Source of the DNA: Thermoproteota archaeon
GTDB taxonomy: Archaea; Thermoproteota; EX4484-205; JAAOZP01
DNA length: 44,076 bases
NCBI GenBank assembly: GCA_049700215.1
Contig: JBNAVT010000018.1
Coordinates: forward strand, 1 to 44,076
Direction: 5' to 3'
Below, piece after piece: positions 18,830 to 27,645 of the stretch (positions are counted from its first letter, which is position 1; every line of letters begins with the position of its first letter). A model generated the notes under the pieces. The model did not search any database. It saw only the letters and a list, made by a program, of their open reading frames with translations, and was not told the origin of the DNA. The translations under genes were made by a program, and so were the position numbers.

Positions 18830-19777
18830 TTGAGCTTTGTAATAGAATGCGAAAACCTCGTAAAGATATTCAAGGGCACGCCTCCGGTGACTGCCCTGGA
18901 TAATGTTAACCTTAGGGTTCCTAAGGGCAGCGTATACGGGCTCTTCGGCCCGAATGGAGCCGGGAAATCAACGCTGATAGCGATCCTGATGGGTTTAACT
19001 CTGCCGACGAGGGGCGTGGCCAGGGTGTTAGGGCACGACGTGCTTCGCGAATCCCTGGAGGTGAGGAGGAAGGTTGGGCTGCTGCCGGAGGGCTTCGGGT
19101 TCTACGACAACATGACTGCCCTGGAGAACCTTAAGTATCTCGGCCTGCTGGACGGGATGCCTGGCGACAGTGTTGAGCAGAGGGCTAGAGAAGTTTTAGA
19201 GAAAGTCGGCTTGGGAGACCGGGTTAACGCTAAAGTATCGACTTTCTCAAGGGGGATGAAGCAGAGGCTTGGAATAGCGCAAGCCCTGTTGAAAGACCCT
19301 GAGATACTGGTATTCGACGAGCCGACTGTAGGGATTGACCCTGACGGAGTTATGGAGTTCAGGAGGTTCGTCCGGGAGATTGTTGAGGGGGGAAGGACTG
19401 TTTTCCTTTCAACACACCTTCTACGCGACCTAGGAATGGTCTGCACCCATACCGCCATACTTAGAAAGGGCAGGGTGGTTGCTCAAGGCAGTATGGAGGA
19501 GCTTACTCAGAAAATGAAGAGCAGCATGGGCTACAGTTACGAGATCCGTGTTAAACCAGAGGGTTTGGAAAGGCTTTTGAAAGAGGTTAAAAACCTGCCT
19601 GGGGTTTTCGAGGTTAGGCTGGAGGGAGGGGGAAGAATATCCCTCGTCAGTAGGGAAGACATTGGGGGCGAACTGTTCTCCCTGCTGAGCAGGGGGCAAT
19701 ACTCTGTTGAGGCAATGTTGTCGTCTAAGCCCGAGTGGGAAGACCTCTACCGGTTCTACTCTGAGGAAGGTTGCTGA
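18830..19777 (+). CDS. ABC-2 type exporter ATP-binding subunit
   Basis: GPNGAGKST, FSRGMKQR, VFDEPT and STH. Start TTG 18830 after GGGAGG. Confidence 0.93.
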   Translation: MSFVIECENLVKIFKGTPPVTALDNVNLRVPKGSVYGLFGPNGAGKSTLIAILMGLTLPTRGVARVLGHDVLRESLEVRRKVGLLPEGFGFYDNMTALENLKYLGLLDGMPGDSVEQRAREVLEKVGLGDRVNAKVSTFSRGMKQRLGIAQALLKDPEILVFDEPTVGIDPDGVMEFRRFVREIVEGGRTVFLSTHLLRDLGMVCTHTAILRKGRVVAQGSMEELTQKMKSSMGYSYEIRVKPEGLERLLKEVKNLPGVFEVRLEGGGRISLVSREDIGGELFSLLSRGQYSVEAMLSSKPEWEDLYRFYSEEGC

Positions 19778-20694
19778 TGATGGGAACCGGTTTCCGCGAG
19801 AAGAGGCCTCCGTTGAAAAGAGTAATGATAATTGCGCGGAAGGAGTTTTCCGACGCTGTCGTAAGCAAGAGACTATGGCTGTTGATAGCAGTATTCCTTC
19901 TCTACTACCTAGCCATGATTTTCTCGCTCTCATTCTCATACTCGATGATGCCTGAGGAAGCGAGGCCCGCAAGGATAACGCAGGTTTTCCAGGGCGCTGG
20001 ATCCTCGGTGGCGCTCATAGCCCCCTTCCTCGGCATCGCATTCGGCTACGATGCTGTTTCAAGGGAGAGGGAGAGCGGCACCCTCAGGGTTCTTCTAGCT
20101 AGACCGGTTTACAGGGAGGATGTGGTGAACGGTAAGATTGTTTCAGCCCTAGTCGTAATAGGGGTCACGATTTTCACGGCGACTTTCCTCGCGGTTTCCG
20201 CAACCATGTTTCTATACGGTTTAAACATAGACTTAGACGATTTTGCCAGGCTAACGCTGTTCTCAATATTCTCACTGATGTTCGCGTTCGCATACTACTC
20301 CGTCTCGCTTTTCTTCTCCACGATTCTAAATAAATCTGGCCACTCGCTCACAGCAAGCATAGCGCTCTGGGCATTTTTCACGATAATAATGCCTTTAATA
20401 TCCATGATGATCGCCTTCATGATGCTGGGTATGCCTTCCTTCGCCTCTTTCAACCCGGGGAGCGATTACTGGAAGAAATACGCTGAGCTAAACTACATGA
20501 CGCAGATCTTCTCGATCAATAATCACTACAGCAGTTTAACAGGCCCTGTTCTCGCTAAGGCTAGCAAGCAGGATGTCTTCGACCTGCTTAAACTGTCTTC
20601 ACAATACCCCATATCCCTAATGGTCTTGATACTGTATCCGACAGTATTCGTAATACTTTCCTACATCGTTTTCACGAGGCGAGAGGAAAAATAG
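19771..20694 (+). CDS. ABC-2 (NosY-like) permease
   Basis: IARKEF, GYDAVSRERESGTLRVLL.RPV.R..VVNGK and six TM segments. Start may be ATG 19777 or 19780. Confidence 0.9.
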   Translation: MLMMGTGFREKRPPLKRVMIIARKEFSDAVVSKRLWLLIAVFLLYYLAMIFSLSFSYSMMPEEARPARITQVFQGAGSSVALIAPFLGIAFGYDAVSRERESGTLRVLLARPVYREDVVNGKIVSALVVIGVTIFTATFLAVSATMFLYGLNIDLDDFARLTLFSIFSLMFAFAYYSVSLFFSTILNKSGHSLTASIALWAFFTIIMPLISMMIAFMMLGMPSFASFNPGSDYWKKYAELNYMTQIFSINNHYSSLTGPVLAKASKQDVFDLLKLSSQYPISLMVLILYPTVFVILSYIVFTRREEK

Positions 20695-20775
20695 CGTTTT
20701 CAAAAACCTATTCGCAGGTTGCCGGGAAAAAGTCTTATATTCCCAGACCCGGTTGTTAAAAATCAGAATACACAT

Positions 20776-21405
20776 ATGGATGTTAGAGTCGGTGAAAGGT
20801 TTAAGCCAGACCCGTCTTTCAAGAAGCTTCAATACACCTACCTTCTAATCGGTTTAGTACTGATCCTCGTCTTTCCGCTATGCCTCATAAGCATCTTAAT
20901 AATGCTCTCCCCCATCACTCTCAGCCTGGCGATTCTCACGATAATCCCGTTCATTCTCACAATCATATGCCTCTTGATACTTGTCCCCTCGATTATTTGG
21001 ATAAACCTGTATTACCAGTGCTTGTCCTACACTTTTACTGAGAGCGAAATAATCGTGGAGAAGGGGGTGTGGTGGAAGCATAAGAGCATAGTGCCTTACA
21101 ACCGTATAACTAACGTCGACATCCGGCAGGGGCCTGTCTCCAGGATACTAGGCCTCTGGGAGCTTCGCATTCAAACAGCCGGGTATCATGTTGCTACTGG
21201 AGGCAGCTACGGGGTTGCGGAAGCCGTTCTCCAGGGCATTAGGAACGTTGAAGAGGTGAAGAGCTTCATACTTAAAATGGTTAGGACGCTTAAGCCGGTG
21301 GCTGTTGAAGCAGGCTTCGAAACCGTTACTTACCCGGGGGGGCTGGGGCAGCAAATACTTGAAGAGCTTAGAAGAATAAGGGAGATCCTTGAGGGGAAAA
21401 GTTAA
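20776..21405 (+). CDS. membrane protein with bacterial PH (YdbS-like) domain
   Basis: Two TM helices, then KGVWW..IVPYNRITNVDIRQGP..RILGL..LRIQTAG. Confidence 0.85.
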   Translation: MDVRVGERFKPDPSFKKLQYTYLLIGLVLILVFPLCLISILIMLSPITLSLAILTIIPFILTIICLLILVPSIIWINLYYQCLSYTFTESEIIVEKGVWWKHKSIVPYNRITNVDIRQGPVSRILGLWELRIQTAGYHVATGGSYGVAEAVLQGIRNVEEVKSFILKMVRTLKPVAVEAGFETVTYPGGLGQQILEELRRIREILEGKS

Positions 21406-21430
21406 CAATCCTCGCCTTTAATCCTTACGC

Positions 21431-21931
21431 ATGAGTAGGATAAGCGAGATAATCTTCCCAAGGGTAACCGGCCTAGTGGTTACCTGCGACTCAAAGGGTA
21501 AGCCCAACATAGCTGCCTTTTCATTCATAATGCCCGTGAGCTTTGAGCCTAAGTATGTTGCCTTCTCAGTCTCGCCTAGGAGGAAGACCTGGGAAAACCT
21601 GAGGGAGGTTGGTGAATTCGTGCTAGCTATTCCTCCGAGAGAGATGATCGACGTGGTGTGGGCCTGCGGCACGAAGTCCGGAAGGGAGGTTGACAAGTTC
21701 ACCCTTCTAGGGTTGGAGACTGAGATGGCTGAGGCTGTTAAGCCACCCGTTTTAAGAAACATGCCTGTCCAGCTGGAGTCTAGAGTAGAGCTGTTCAAGG
21801 AGTTCGGAGACCACTGGCTGGTCGTCGGAAGAGTTTTAAAAGAGCATGTTGAAACACTCGACTTCCAGCCAGTCTTACACTACTCCAAGAATGTTTTCAC
21901 AACCGTTTGTGAAAGAACGAGGCTTGAGTAA
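21431..21931 (+). CDS. flavin reductase-like FMN-binding protein
   Basis: GKPNIA, VSFEP, CGTKSGREVDKF and GDHWLVVGRV. Confidence 0.92.
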   Translation: MSRISEIIFPRVTGLVVTCDSKGKPNIAAFSFIMPVSFEPKYVAFSVSPRRKTWENLREVGEFVLAIPPREMIDVVWACGTKSGREVDKFTLLGLETEMAEAVKPPVLRNMPVQLESRVELFKEFGDHWLVVGRVLKEHVETLDFQPVLHYSKNVFTTVCERTRLE

Positions 21932-21991
21932 AAACCGGCGTGGGATGCAAACTATTTAAACTCGCAGTCTGCTGGTTGGAAAGCATTAATA

Positions 21992-22456
21992 ATGACGAAT
22001 AATGCTTTCAGAAACACGGTTCAACGGCGCGCGCGCGGTTTTACACCCGCTGGCCGAATGGGAACCGGTAAGCATCCCGCCCCACACCTGACGGAAGCCT
22101 TCTTATCGATACTCATTGGGCTTCTAATCGGGATTGTTTCAGGCCTGCTTGGAGTCGCCGGGGGAGAATATAGGATCCCGGCTCTAATCTACCTCTTCGG
22201 CCTCCCGGTTAAAACAGCAGGCACAGTAAGCCTGCTTGTCTCCATCCCAAACATATTCGCCGGGTTTTTGAAGCATTCGCAAATAGGCCATTTGAACAAA
22301 TGTGGTGTTGCCGTCGGGTTAACCATGGGATCCGCCTCAATCGTGGGCTCGTATGCTGGAGCCAGCTTAGCAACCATTGTTGACGAGAGCCTTTTGAAAG
22401 TGTTGCTCGGGATCGTGCTGCCGTCAGCAACTGTCAGAATGCTCACTAAGCCGTGA
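21992..22456 (+). pseudogene. half-length TauE/SafE (TSUP) exporter, probably a 5'-truncated remnant
   Basis: Contains only one TauE repeat (GIVSGLLGVAGGEYRIP...AGTVSL...GSYAGA). The first 30 or so codons do not look family-like. Confidence 0.55.
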
Positions 22457-22479
22457 AAACATGAATCGTTGAGCACGCG

Positions 22480-23268
22480 CTATTTCTTTAAAATCCTCTC
22501 GGGATTTTGAGCCAGATCCCTCAGGTTCTTCTGCAGCGCGCTGAAAATATTGTCGAAGCTCTGTGAAACCTTCCTCTTCCTCTTCATAGGGTTGCAGAAG
22601 GAGACAACCTCGTTGTAGATGAACTCGTGCTCCAGCCCCAGCTCCCTGACTTTCCTAACAACCTCCCTCGTCAATTCGTCAGTCTCGACTATCACCCCAG
22701 CCCTCCTCTCCCTCTCTGAAACAGCATCCTTTAAAGGCTTCGGGAGAAAACCGTCTACCTTCTTAAGCAGGGGTTCATACGGGGAGCCGGATACCCTGGG
22801 CTTCTTCTCGTAAGCTATCCCGAGGGTAACATAATAAGCGTATTCTATCGAATCCATTATTCTCCCATCATCCTCCTTGATGGAGGGATTCTCATCAAGG
22901 TACATTCTGTAAACGTTGAGCGCAACATAAGCCCTCTCCCTCAGCGACATCTGTTTCTCAACATTAAGCTCCATCAGGTTGTGCGCATACTTTTCAGGTA
23001 TTATTATCGCAGGCAATTCCTTTATCCCAAGCTCCTTCGCCGCCAGAAACCTATGCTGACCGTCGATTATTATGTTGTCCTCCCCCCTTCTGACCACTAT
23101 AAGCGGTATTGTGAAACCTATCTTCTTGATAGAGCTTTTAAGCCTCTTAACGTGCGGAGTGGAGGGTTTTCTCTGAACCTCTATAACCTTAAGCCTGCTC
23201 ACAGGGATTAAGGCTATCTCCTGAACATAACCGTGAAGTGGCTCATTAATCCTGGCAACTGTCTCCAT
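22480..23268 (-). CDS. ParB/Srx N-terminal domain protein (no ParA nearby)
   Basis: QR..S..HVKRL..SI...GF..PLIV..IIIDGQHR..AAKELG and LNVEK. Start moved to ATG 23268. Confidence 0.85.
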   Translation of the reverse strand: METVARINEPLHGYVQEIALIPVSRLKVIEVQRKPSTPHVKRLKSSIKKIGFTIPLIVVRRGEDNIIIDGQHRFLAAKELGIKELPAIIIPEKYAHNLMELNVEKQMSLRERAYVALNVYRMYLDENPSIKEDDGRIMDSIEYAYYVTLGIAYEKKPRVSGSPYEPLLKKVDGFLPKPLKDAVSERERRAGVIVETDELTREVVRKVRELGLEHEFIYNEVVSFCNPMKRKRKVSQSFDNIFSALQKNLRDLAQNPERILKK

Positions 23269-23393
23269 TACCAGTATTAGGATATTGCTTACACTCATAA
23301 ATCTTTCCATGCTTAACGCCAAGAAGACCAGGTTTAAACGCCGTGTTTTCACAGGATGCTCGGCCCGTCTCCTGGGAACACCGTGAAAGGTTT

Positions 23394-23681
23394 TCAAATA
23401 GGTATTCCAAAGGCTTTGGCGAAAGCCTGTATCCGGCGAAACTCTTGGATAAAAGCCATCCCTTTTTCAGTTAAAGAGTAGAAAACCCTGTCCTCCTCAT
23501 TCTCCTCAACAATTAACCCTAGGCTGATAAGCTGGGACAAGTGTTTAGTCAAACGGTCATGCGACAGGTTTGCGCCGTAGAGGATGCGCGTGGGCCCAGC
23601 CCTACCGCCTTCGTTAACTATCTGGCTCAATATGTCGAAGTAGATGCGTGCTTTAGAACGGTACTCTTTTGAGGCAGTCAA
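23394..23681 (-). CDS. small archaeal winged-helix transcription regulator
   Basis: YRSKARIYFDIL..PTRILYGANLS..RL..HL..L..LGLI..YSLTEKG..F. Its TTG start overlaps the upstream TGA. Confidence 0.9.
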   Translation of the reverse strand: MTASKEYRSKARIYFDILSQIVNEGGRAGPTRILYGANLSHDRLTKHLSQLISLGLIVEENEEDRVFYSLTEKGMAFIQEFRRIQAFAKAFGIPI

Positions 23682-24322
23682 CCCGTCCTAGTCACCCGTG
23701 TCAGCATCACTAAAAAGAATATGAATCCGAAAAGCTGAATAATCTGGCCTAGGAACAAGAGGCTTTCCTCAATAGGAGCGAAAAGAAAGAACAGGTGGCT
23801 TACGAAGAAGCATGAAAAGCCTAGCAGGACTAGAAGCGAATTACCGCCGCTTTTATAAATGAAGAGGACTAGGGCGCGGGCCACGACGTACCCGATTATC
23901 GCGAGACACAACAGCTCTAGAAAAGGGTTGAAAAAGATAAGGTAGAAACCGGGTAGGACCGCCATTATTTTTCCATTCCCATCTACGGCTTCGGGTTGAG
24001 ATGTGTATGAGGCTGAGAAAAGAACATAGGCGGCCAGCTGTAGAGAGGAGAAGACGAGTCCTCCTAGAGAAACGATCCCCCGTATAGCTTGAAAATGCTG
24101 CTCAGAGAAACGCAGCGATAGGAGGAAGCTGAAGGTTACGAAGCGGAGTAAGAGGGCTACTCCAAGTATTATGAACCCTAAATGCAGTAGAAACAGTCTT
24201 CTTACTGAAGACATTCTAAAACTCTTATAAGCGTAATAGCCTATTGCGAAGCTTATCACTGCACTCACCGGCTCGGTTAGAATCGACATCAGCAGTAAAC
24301 CATCCAAGCCTCTCCGAAACAT
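23678..24322 (-). CDS. 6-7 TM integral membrane protein coupled to the winged-helix gene
   Basis: Very hydrophobic; 4-nt overlap (TTGA) with the wHTH gene. Confidence 0.8.
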   Translation of the reverse strand: MFRRGLDGLLLMSILTEPVSAVISFAIGYYAYKSFRMSSVRRLFLLHLGFIILGVALLLRFVTFSFLLSLRFSEQHFQAIRGIVSLGGLVFSSLQLAAYVLFSASYTSQPEAVDGNGKIMAVLPGFYLIFFNPFLELLCLAIIGYVVARALVLFIYKSGGNSLLVLLGFSCFFVSHLFFLFAPIEESLLFLGQIIQLFGFIFFLVMLTRVTRTG

Positions 24323-24348
24323 ACCACTGTTTTAACGCTTTTTAAGTT

Positions 24349-24390
24349 TATGGACGATTCATCCATACGAATCATGCGTCACATATAAAA
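24349..24390. promoter_or_regulatory. divergent promoter with nested repeats (candidate operator)
   Basis: TATGGA-N7-TCCATA inverted repeat (24349-24367), direct repeats ACGATTCAT (24354) and ACGAATCAT (24367), then TATA-like catataaaa (24382-24390). Confidence 0.45.
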
Positions 24391-24425
24391 ATCATGGGAA
24401 AACGCTTTAAAAGAAGGTGGTGAAC

Positions 24426-24932
24426 ATGAGAAATGTAAGCAGGTTCAAATGGCTGGCGCTAGCGAGCTTGTCAGCAATACTGGTCTTGACGACGCTATCA
24501 TTACGAGCCAGCGGCGAGCCTCAGGATCAGTCGCCGATCAGGGGGAAAACAACCGTCTCTATCAACGCGAAAGGATTAGCAGTATGGAGAACCGACGAGG
24601 GCACGGAGAAGACGGATCTGGTTCTGAGCCTGACTCTGAACCTTGGAGAGAAACGGGAGAACTTTATCCCTATAGAAGCAGTTGAGGGAAGCGTTGCAAT
24701 TGGTGGAACAACCTATAGTGTTGCAGAAGCCAGAGGCGTAGTGTTATGTAGGAGAAACATTATAGTTCTTAAACTCGGATGCGATGAAGGCTCGGCAAGC
24801 ATGGTTCTTCACATAAGGATTCGCTATTTCTGGATGGGCGGGGGACTGTATGCTTTAAGGGGCTCGGGCGTTTCCAGCTTTGAAGACGGAAGAACGATAA
24901 TCCTGTTCAGGGGAGCCGCACGCTTATCTTAG
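24426..24932 (+). CDS. secreted beta-rich hypothetical protein
   Basis: Signal peptide MRNVSRFKWLALASLSAILVLTTLSLRA; GGTGA before ATG 24426; alternating beta-strand pattern. Confidence 0.75.
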   Translation: MRNVSRFKWLALASLSAILVLTTLSLRASGEPQDQSPIRGKTTVSINAKGLAVWRTDEGTEKTDLVLSLTLNLGEKRENFIPIEAVEGSVAIGGTTYSVAEARGVVLCRRNIIVLKLGCDEGSASMVLHIRIRYFWMGGGLYALRGSGVSSFEDGRTIILFRGAARLS

Positions 24933-25099
24933 CGTCCAGCCGATTACGGAAATCTTTCTCAATCCCCGGTTAAGCGTAAGATGTTTATCTTTCTCGGGAG
25001 AAGCAACGATAGCGCGCGCGCTCCATGGTCATTAACACTGCCAATTAATAACATGTTGCAAGAGTTTATAAGTGGATTATCTAGTTTCATGGCTGAGGC

Positions 25100-26059
25100 T
25101 TGGCGGAGAACAGGATAGCCTCCAGCGTCCTTAACGCGATAGGGGGAACACCGTTAGTTAGGCTGAACAAGATTTCTGAGAAAACAGGCGTAAATATTTT
25201 CGCAAAACTGGAGTTTCTAAATCCGAGTGGAAGCATAAAGGACAGGATAGCCCTGTACATTATAGAGTCTGCGGAGAGGAAGAGGCTTCTCAAACCCGGT
25301 TCAACCATAGTTGAGGCTACTAGCGGGAACACAGGGATCTCTATCGCAATGGTTGCGGCGGTTAAAGGCTACAACGCTATCCTGGTGATGCCGGATAATA
25401 CTGCTAAGGCTAAACGGCAGATGATGCATGCGTTAAACGCTAAGATAGTCCTGGTTCCCGAGGAGGAGGGTATGGAGAGCGTCGTTAGAAGAGCGGGGGA
25501 AATAGCTGAAAAGACCAGTGGCTTCTTAGTCAACCAGTTTTCAAACGAGGATAATGTTAAGGCCCATTACGAGGGCACCGGCAGGGAAATTCTCAGGCAG
25601 CTGGATGAGGAGATAGACGCCTTCATCGCAGGAGTTGGAACCGGCGGGACGCTTATAGGGGTCGGAAAGGCTTTGAAGGAGAAGCATCGCAATATGCGTT
25701 TAATCGCGGTTGAGCCTGAGAGTTCCCCGGCGCTCTACAACATGTTTTACGGAAAAGGGGCGTCAAAGATAGCCGGGATACCGCACGTGATAGAAGGCAT
25801 TGGAGAAGGCTTTGTCTCAAAGATCCTCCAGGATAACTTGAGCCTTGTCGACGGGGTCATGCTGGTTAGTGATGAGGAGGCTGTTCAGACAACTCTTCAG
25901 CTGGCTAGGATGGAGGGTTTGCTGTGCGGAGTATCCTCTGGGGCGAACGTTTCAGCCTGTTTAAAAGCAGCAGAGGATTTCAAGGGCGGGAGCATTGTTA
26001 CAGTCCTGCCTGACGGAGGCTACAGGTATTTAGACCTGCTTCTGAAAAGCGTCTACTAG
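25100..26059 (+). CDS. cysK: PLP-dependent cysteine synthase family protein
   Basis: IGGTPLVRL, KLEFLNPSGSIKDR, EATSGNTG, GVGTGGT, IEGIG and GVSSGAN. Substrate (O-acetyl- or O-phosphoserine) is not resolvable. Confidence 0.9.
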   Translation: MAENRIASSVLNAIGGTPLVRLNKISEKTGVNIFAKLEFLNPSGSIKDRIALYIIESAERKRLLKPGSTIVEATSGNTGISIAMVAAVKGYNAILVMPDNTAKAKRQMMHALNAKIVLVPEEEGMESVVRRAGEIAEKTSGFLVNQFSNEDNVKAHYEGTGREILRQLDEEIDAFIAGVGTGGTLIGVGKALKEKHRNMRLIAVEPESSPALYNMFYGKGASKIAGIPHVIEGIGEGFVSKILQDNLSLVDGVMLVSDEEAVQTTLQLARMEGLLCGVSSGANVSACLKAAEDFKGGSIVTVLPDGGYRYLDLLLKSVY

Positions 26060-26313
26060 ACTCTCGATCTTGGCGAGTGGTTCGCTGAAAAATAAGGCTT
26101 GAAAAAACGTGTTGAGCCTTTTAAAATTTAAAAAAAAGAAGCAAAAAGCTTTTTGAAGTTGAAAAAAAGTCTATGAAAGATATCGCTAACCATTCAACCA
26201 ACATTTTTATTTTAAAACAGTTTTTATCAAGAAAAAACGTTTTAACCTTCTTTTTAACGCGTAACCGTAAAATTTAAATCGTTTTAATATACACTATCCT
26301 GAAAAAATCAGAA

Positions 26314-26718
26314 ATGAACGGGATAGTGTGCTTAGGTAAGCAGATAATAGCGGAGCTATACTATTGCGATGAAAAACTGTTGAACGACATAGACCATGTT
26401 AGGAAAACCGTCATAGAGGCTGCTGAAAAGGCGGAGACACGGATAATAGATTACAGGTTCCACAAGTTTACGCCGCAAGGGGTCTCCGGGGTCCTGGTTA
26501 TAGCGGAGTCCCACATAGCGATTCACACTTGGCCGGAGTACGGCTACGCGGCGATAGACATCTTCACCTGTGGAAACAGAAGCATGCCGAGGCTGGCGCT
26601 CAAACACGTAAGCAGGGCTCTAAAGGCTAAAAAAGTGAGATACAGGGAGCTTAAACGAGGAGTGTTGGAACATGTCCAGGTTAACGAGAGTAAGATACTT
26701 AACACTCGACTCCGTTGA
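26314..26718 (+). CDS. speD: S-adenosylmethionine decarboxylase proenzyme (pyruvoyl type)
   Basis: HKF.PQGVSG..VIAESHIAIHTWPE.GYAAIDIFTCG with the ES/H autocleavage site. Adjacency to speE favours SAMDC over the arginine-decarboxylase paralog. Confidence 0.92.
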   Translation: MNGIVCLGKQIIAELYYCDEKLLNDIDHVRKTVIEAAEKAETRIIDYRFHKFTPQGVSGVLVIAESHIAIHTWPEYGYAAIDIFTCGNRSMPRLALKHVSRALKAKKVRYRELKRGVLEHVQVNESKILNTRLR

Positions 26719-27631
26719 CAACTACTTCCTCTTCAAGGTCAGCGACATCCTGGCGGCTGAGAAGACGAGGTTTCAAACCCTGGAGGTTTTAAAGTCGCCT
26801 GAATTAGGATTATGCTTGGTGCTAGACGGCCTCATACAGGTTGCGGAGTATGACGAGTACAGGTATCACGAGACGCTTGTGCACACGCCGCTTCTGAACG
26901 CTGAGAACCGTAGGCGCATCGCTATACTTGGCGGAGGCGACGGGTGTGCGCTCAGGGAGGTTTTGAGATACAGGGAGGTTGAGCATGTGGATCTTGTTGA
27001 CCTGGATAGAAGGGTCGTAGAAGTATCGGAAAGGTATCTTCAACGTTTGAACAGGGGGTCGCTTAGAAGCCGGAGGGTGAGGGTTAACATTGCCGACGGG
27101 AGGAGGTTCATATCGCGCAAGAAGAACGCTTACGATTCGATAATAATAGATTTGACGGATCCCGTTGAGGGTGGGCCCTCGGTCCTACTCTACTCTGAAG
27201 AGTTTTACAGGATGGTTTACAGTGCCCTGAAGCCCGGCGGCTCCTTCATAACCCAGGCCACTGCTTTTCAGAGCCGTCAGTATAGGAGAATATTCTGGAC
27301 TGTTAGAAAGGTTTTTGGGAACGCTATCCCCCTGCATGTTTACGTTAAAAGCTTCTGCGACGACTGGGGCTTCGTAATGAGTTTAAAGCCTTGGACCCGG
27401 CTTAAGCTACCCCCTGAAGACTTTAAGGAGGTTGACAGGAGGATCTCTGAAAAAGTGAGGGGACGTTTAAGATACTTGAATGGGAAGACGTATTTCTCAA
27501 ACTTCACAATACCTCCTGAGGAGGAGGAGACGCTGGTGAAACCAGTTAAGGAGATCAGGGACAGGGAGGCATTTAGGAAAAAAACCTCCGGGGGAGGAGA
27601 ACCGGTTAGCCTAGGCTTGGTTTTCCAGTGA
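26672..27631 (+). CDS. speE: polyamine aminopropyltransferase (spermidine synthase family)
   Basis: LVLDGLIQ, DEYRYHETLVH, ILGGGDG..LREV, DGRRF and IIDLTDP. GGAGTG precedes the start; 47-nt overlap with speD. Confidence 0.93.
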   Translation: MSRLTRVRYLTLDSVDNYFLFKVSDILAAEKTRFQTLEVLKSPELGLCLVLDGLIQVAEYDEYRYHETLVHTPLLNAENRRRIAILGGGDGCALREVLRYREVEHVDLVDLDRRVVEVSERYLQRLNRGSLRSRRVRVNIADGRRFISRKKNAYDSIIIDLTDPVEGGPSVLLYSEEFYRMVYSALKPGGSFITQATAFQSRQYRRIFWTVRKVFGNAIPLHVYVKSFCDDWGFVMSLKPWTRLKLPPEDFKEVDRRISEKVRGRLRYLNGKTYFSNFTIPPEEEETLVKPVKEIRDREAFRKKTSGGGEPVSLGLVFQ

Positions 27632-27645
27632 ATTTAAAAAAAGGT

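Noticed and set aside
22480-26059. ParB-like protein as a SerK-type free serine kinase feeding the nearby cysteine synthase
   Set aside because: It lacks the PHE catalytic motif I recall for SerK, and three unrelated genes separate it from the cysteine synthase.
26090-26313. AT-rich island as a replication origin
   Set aside because: No ORB-like repeats with G-strings and no cdc6/orc1 gene nearby.
26672-26718. 47-nt speD/speE overlap as a frameshifted fusion
   Set aside because: speE has its own ATG with GGAGTG upstream and a normal-length N-terminus; no slippery site seen.
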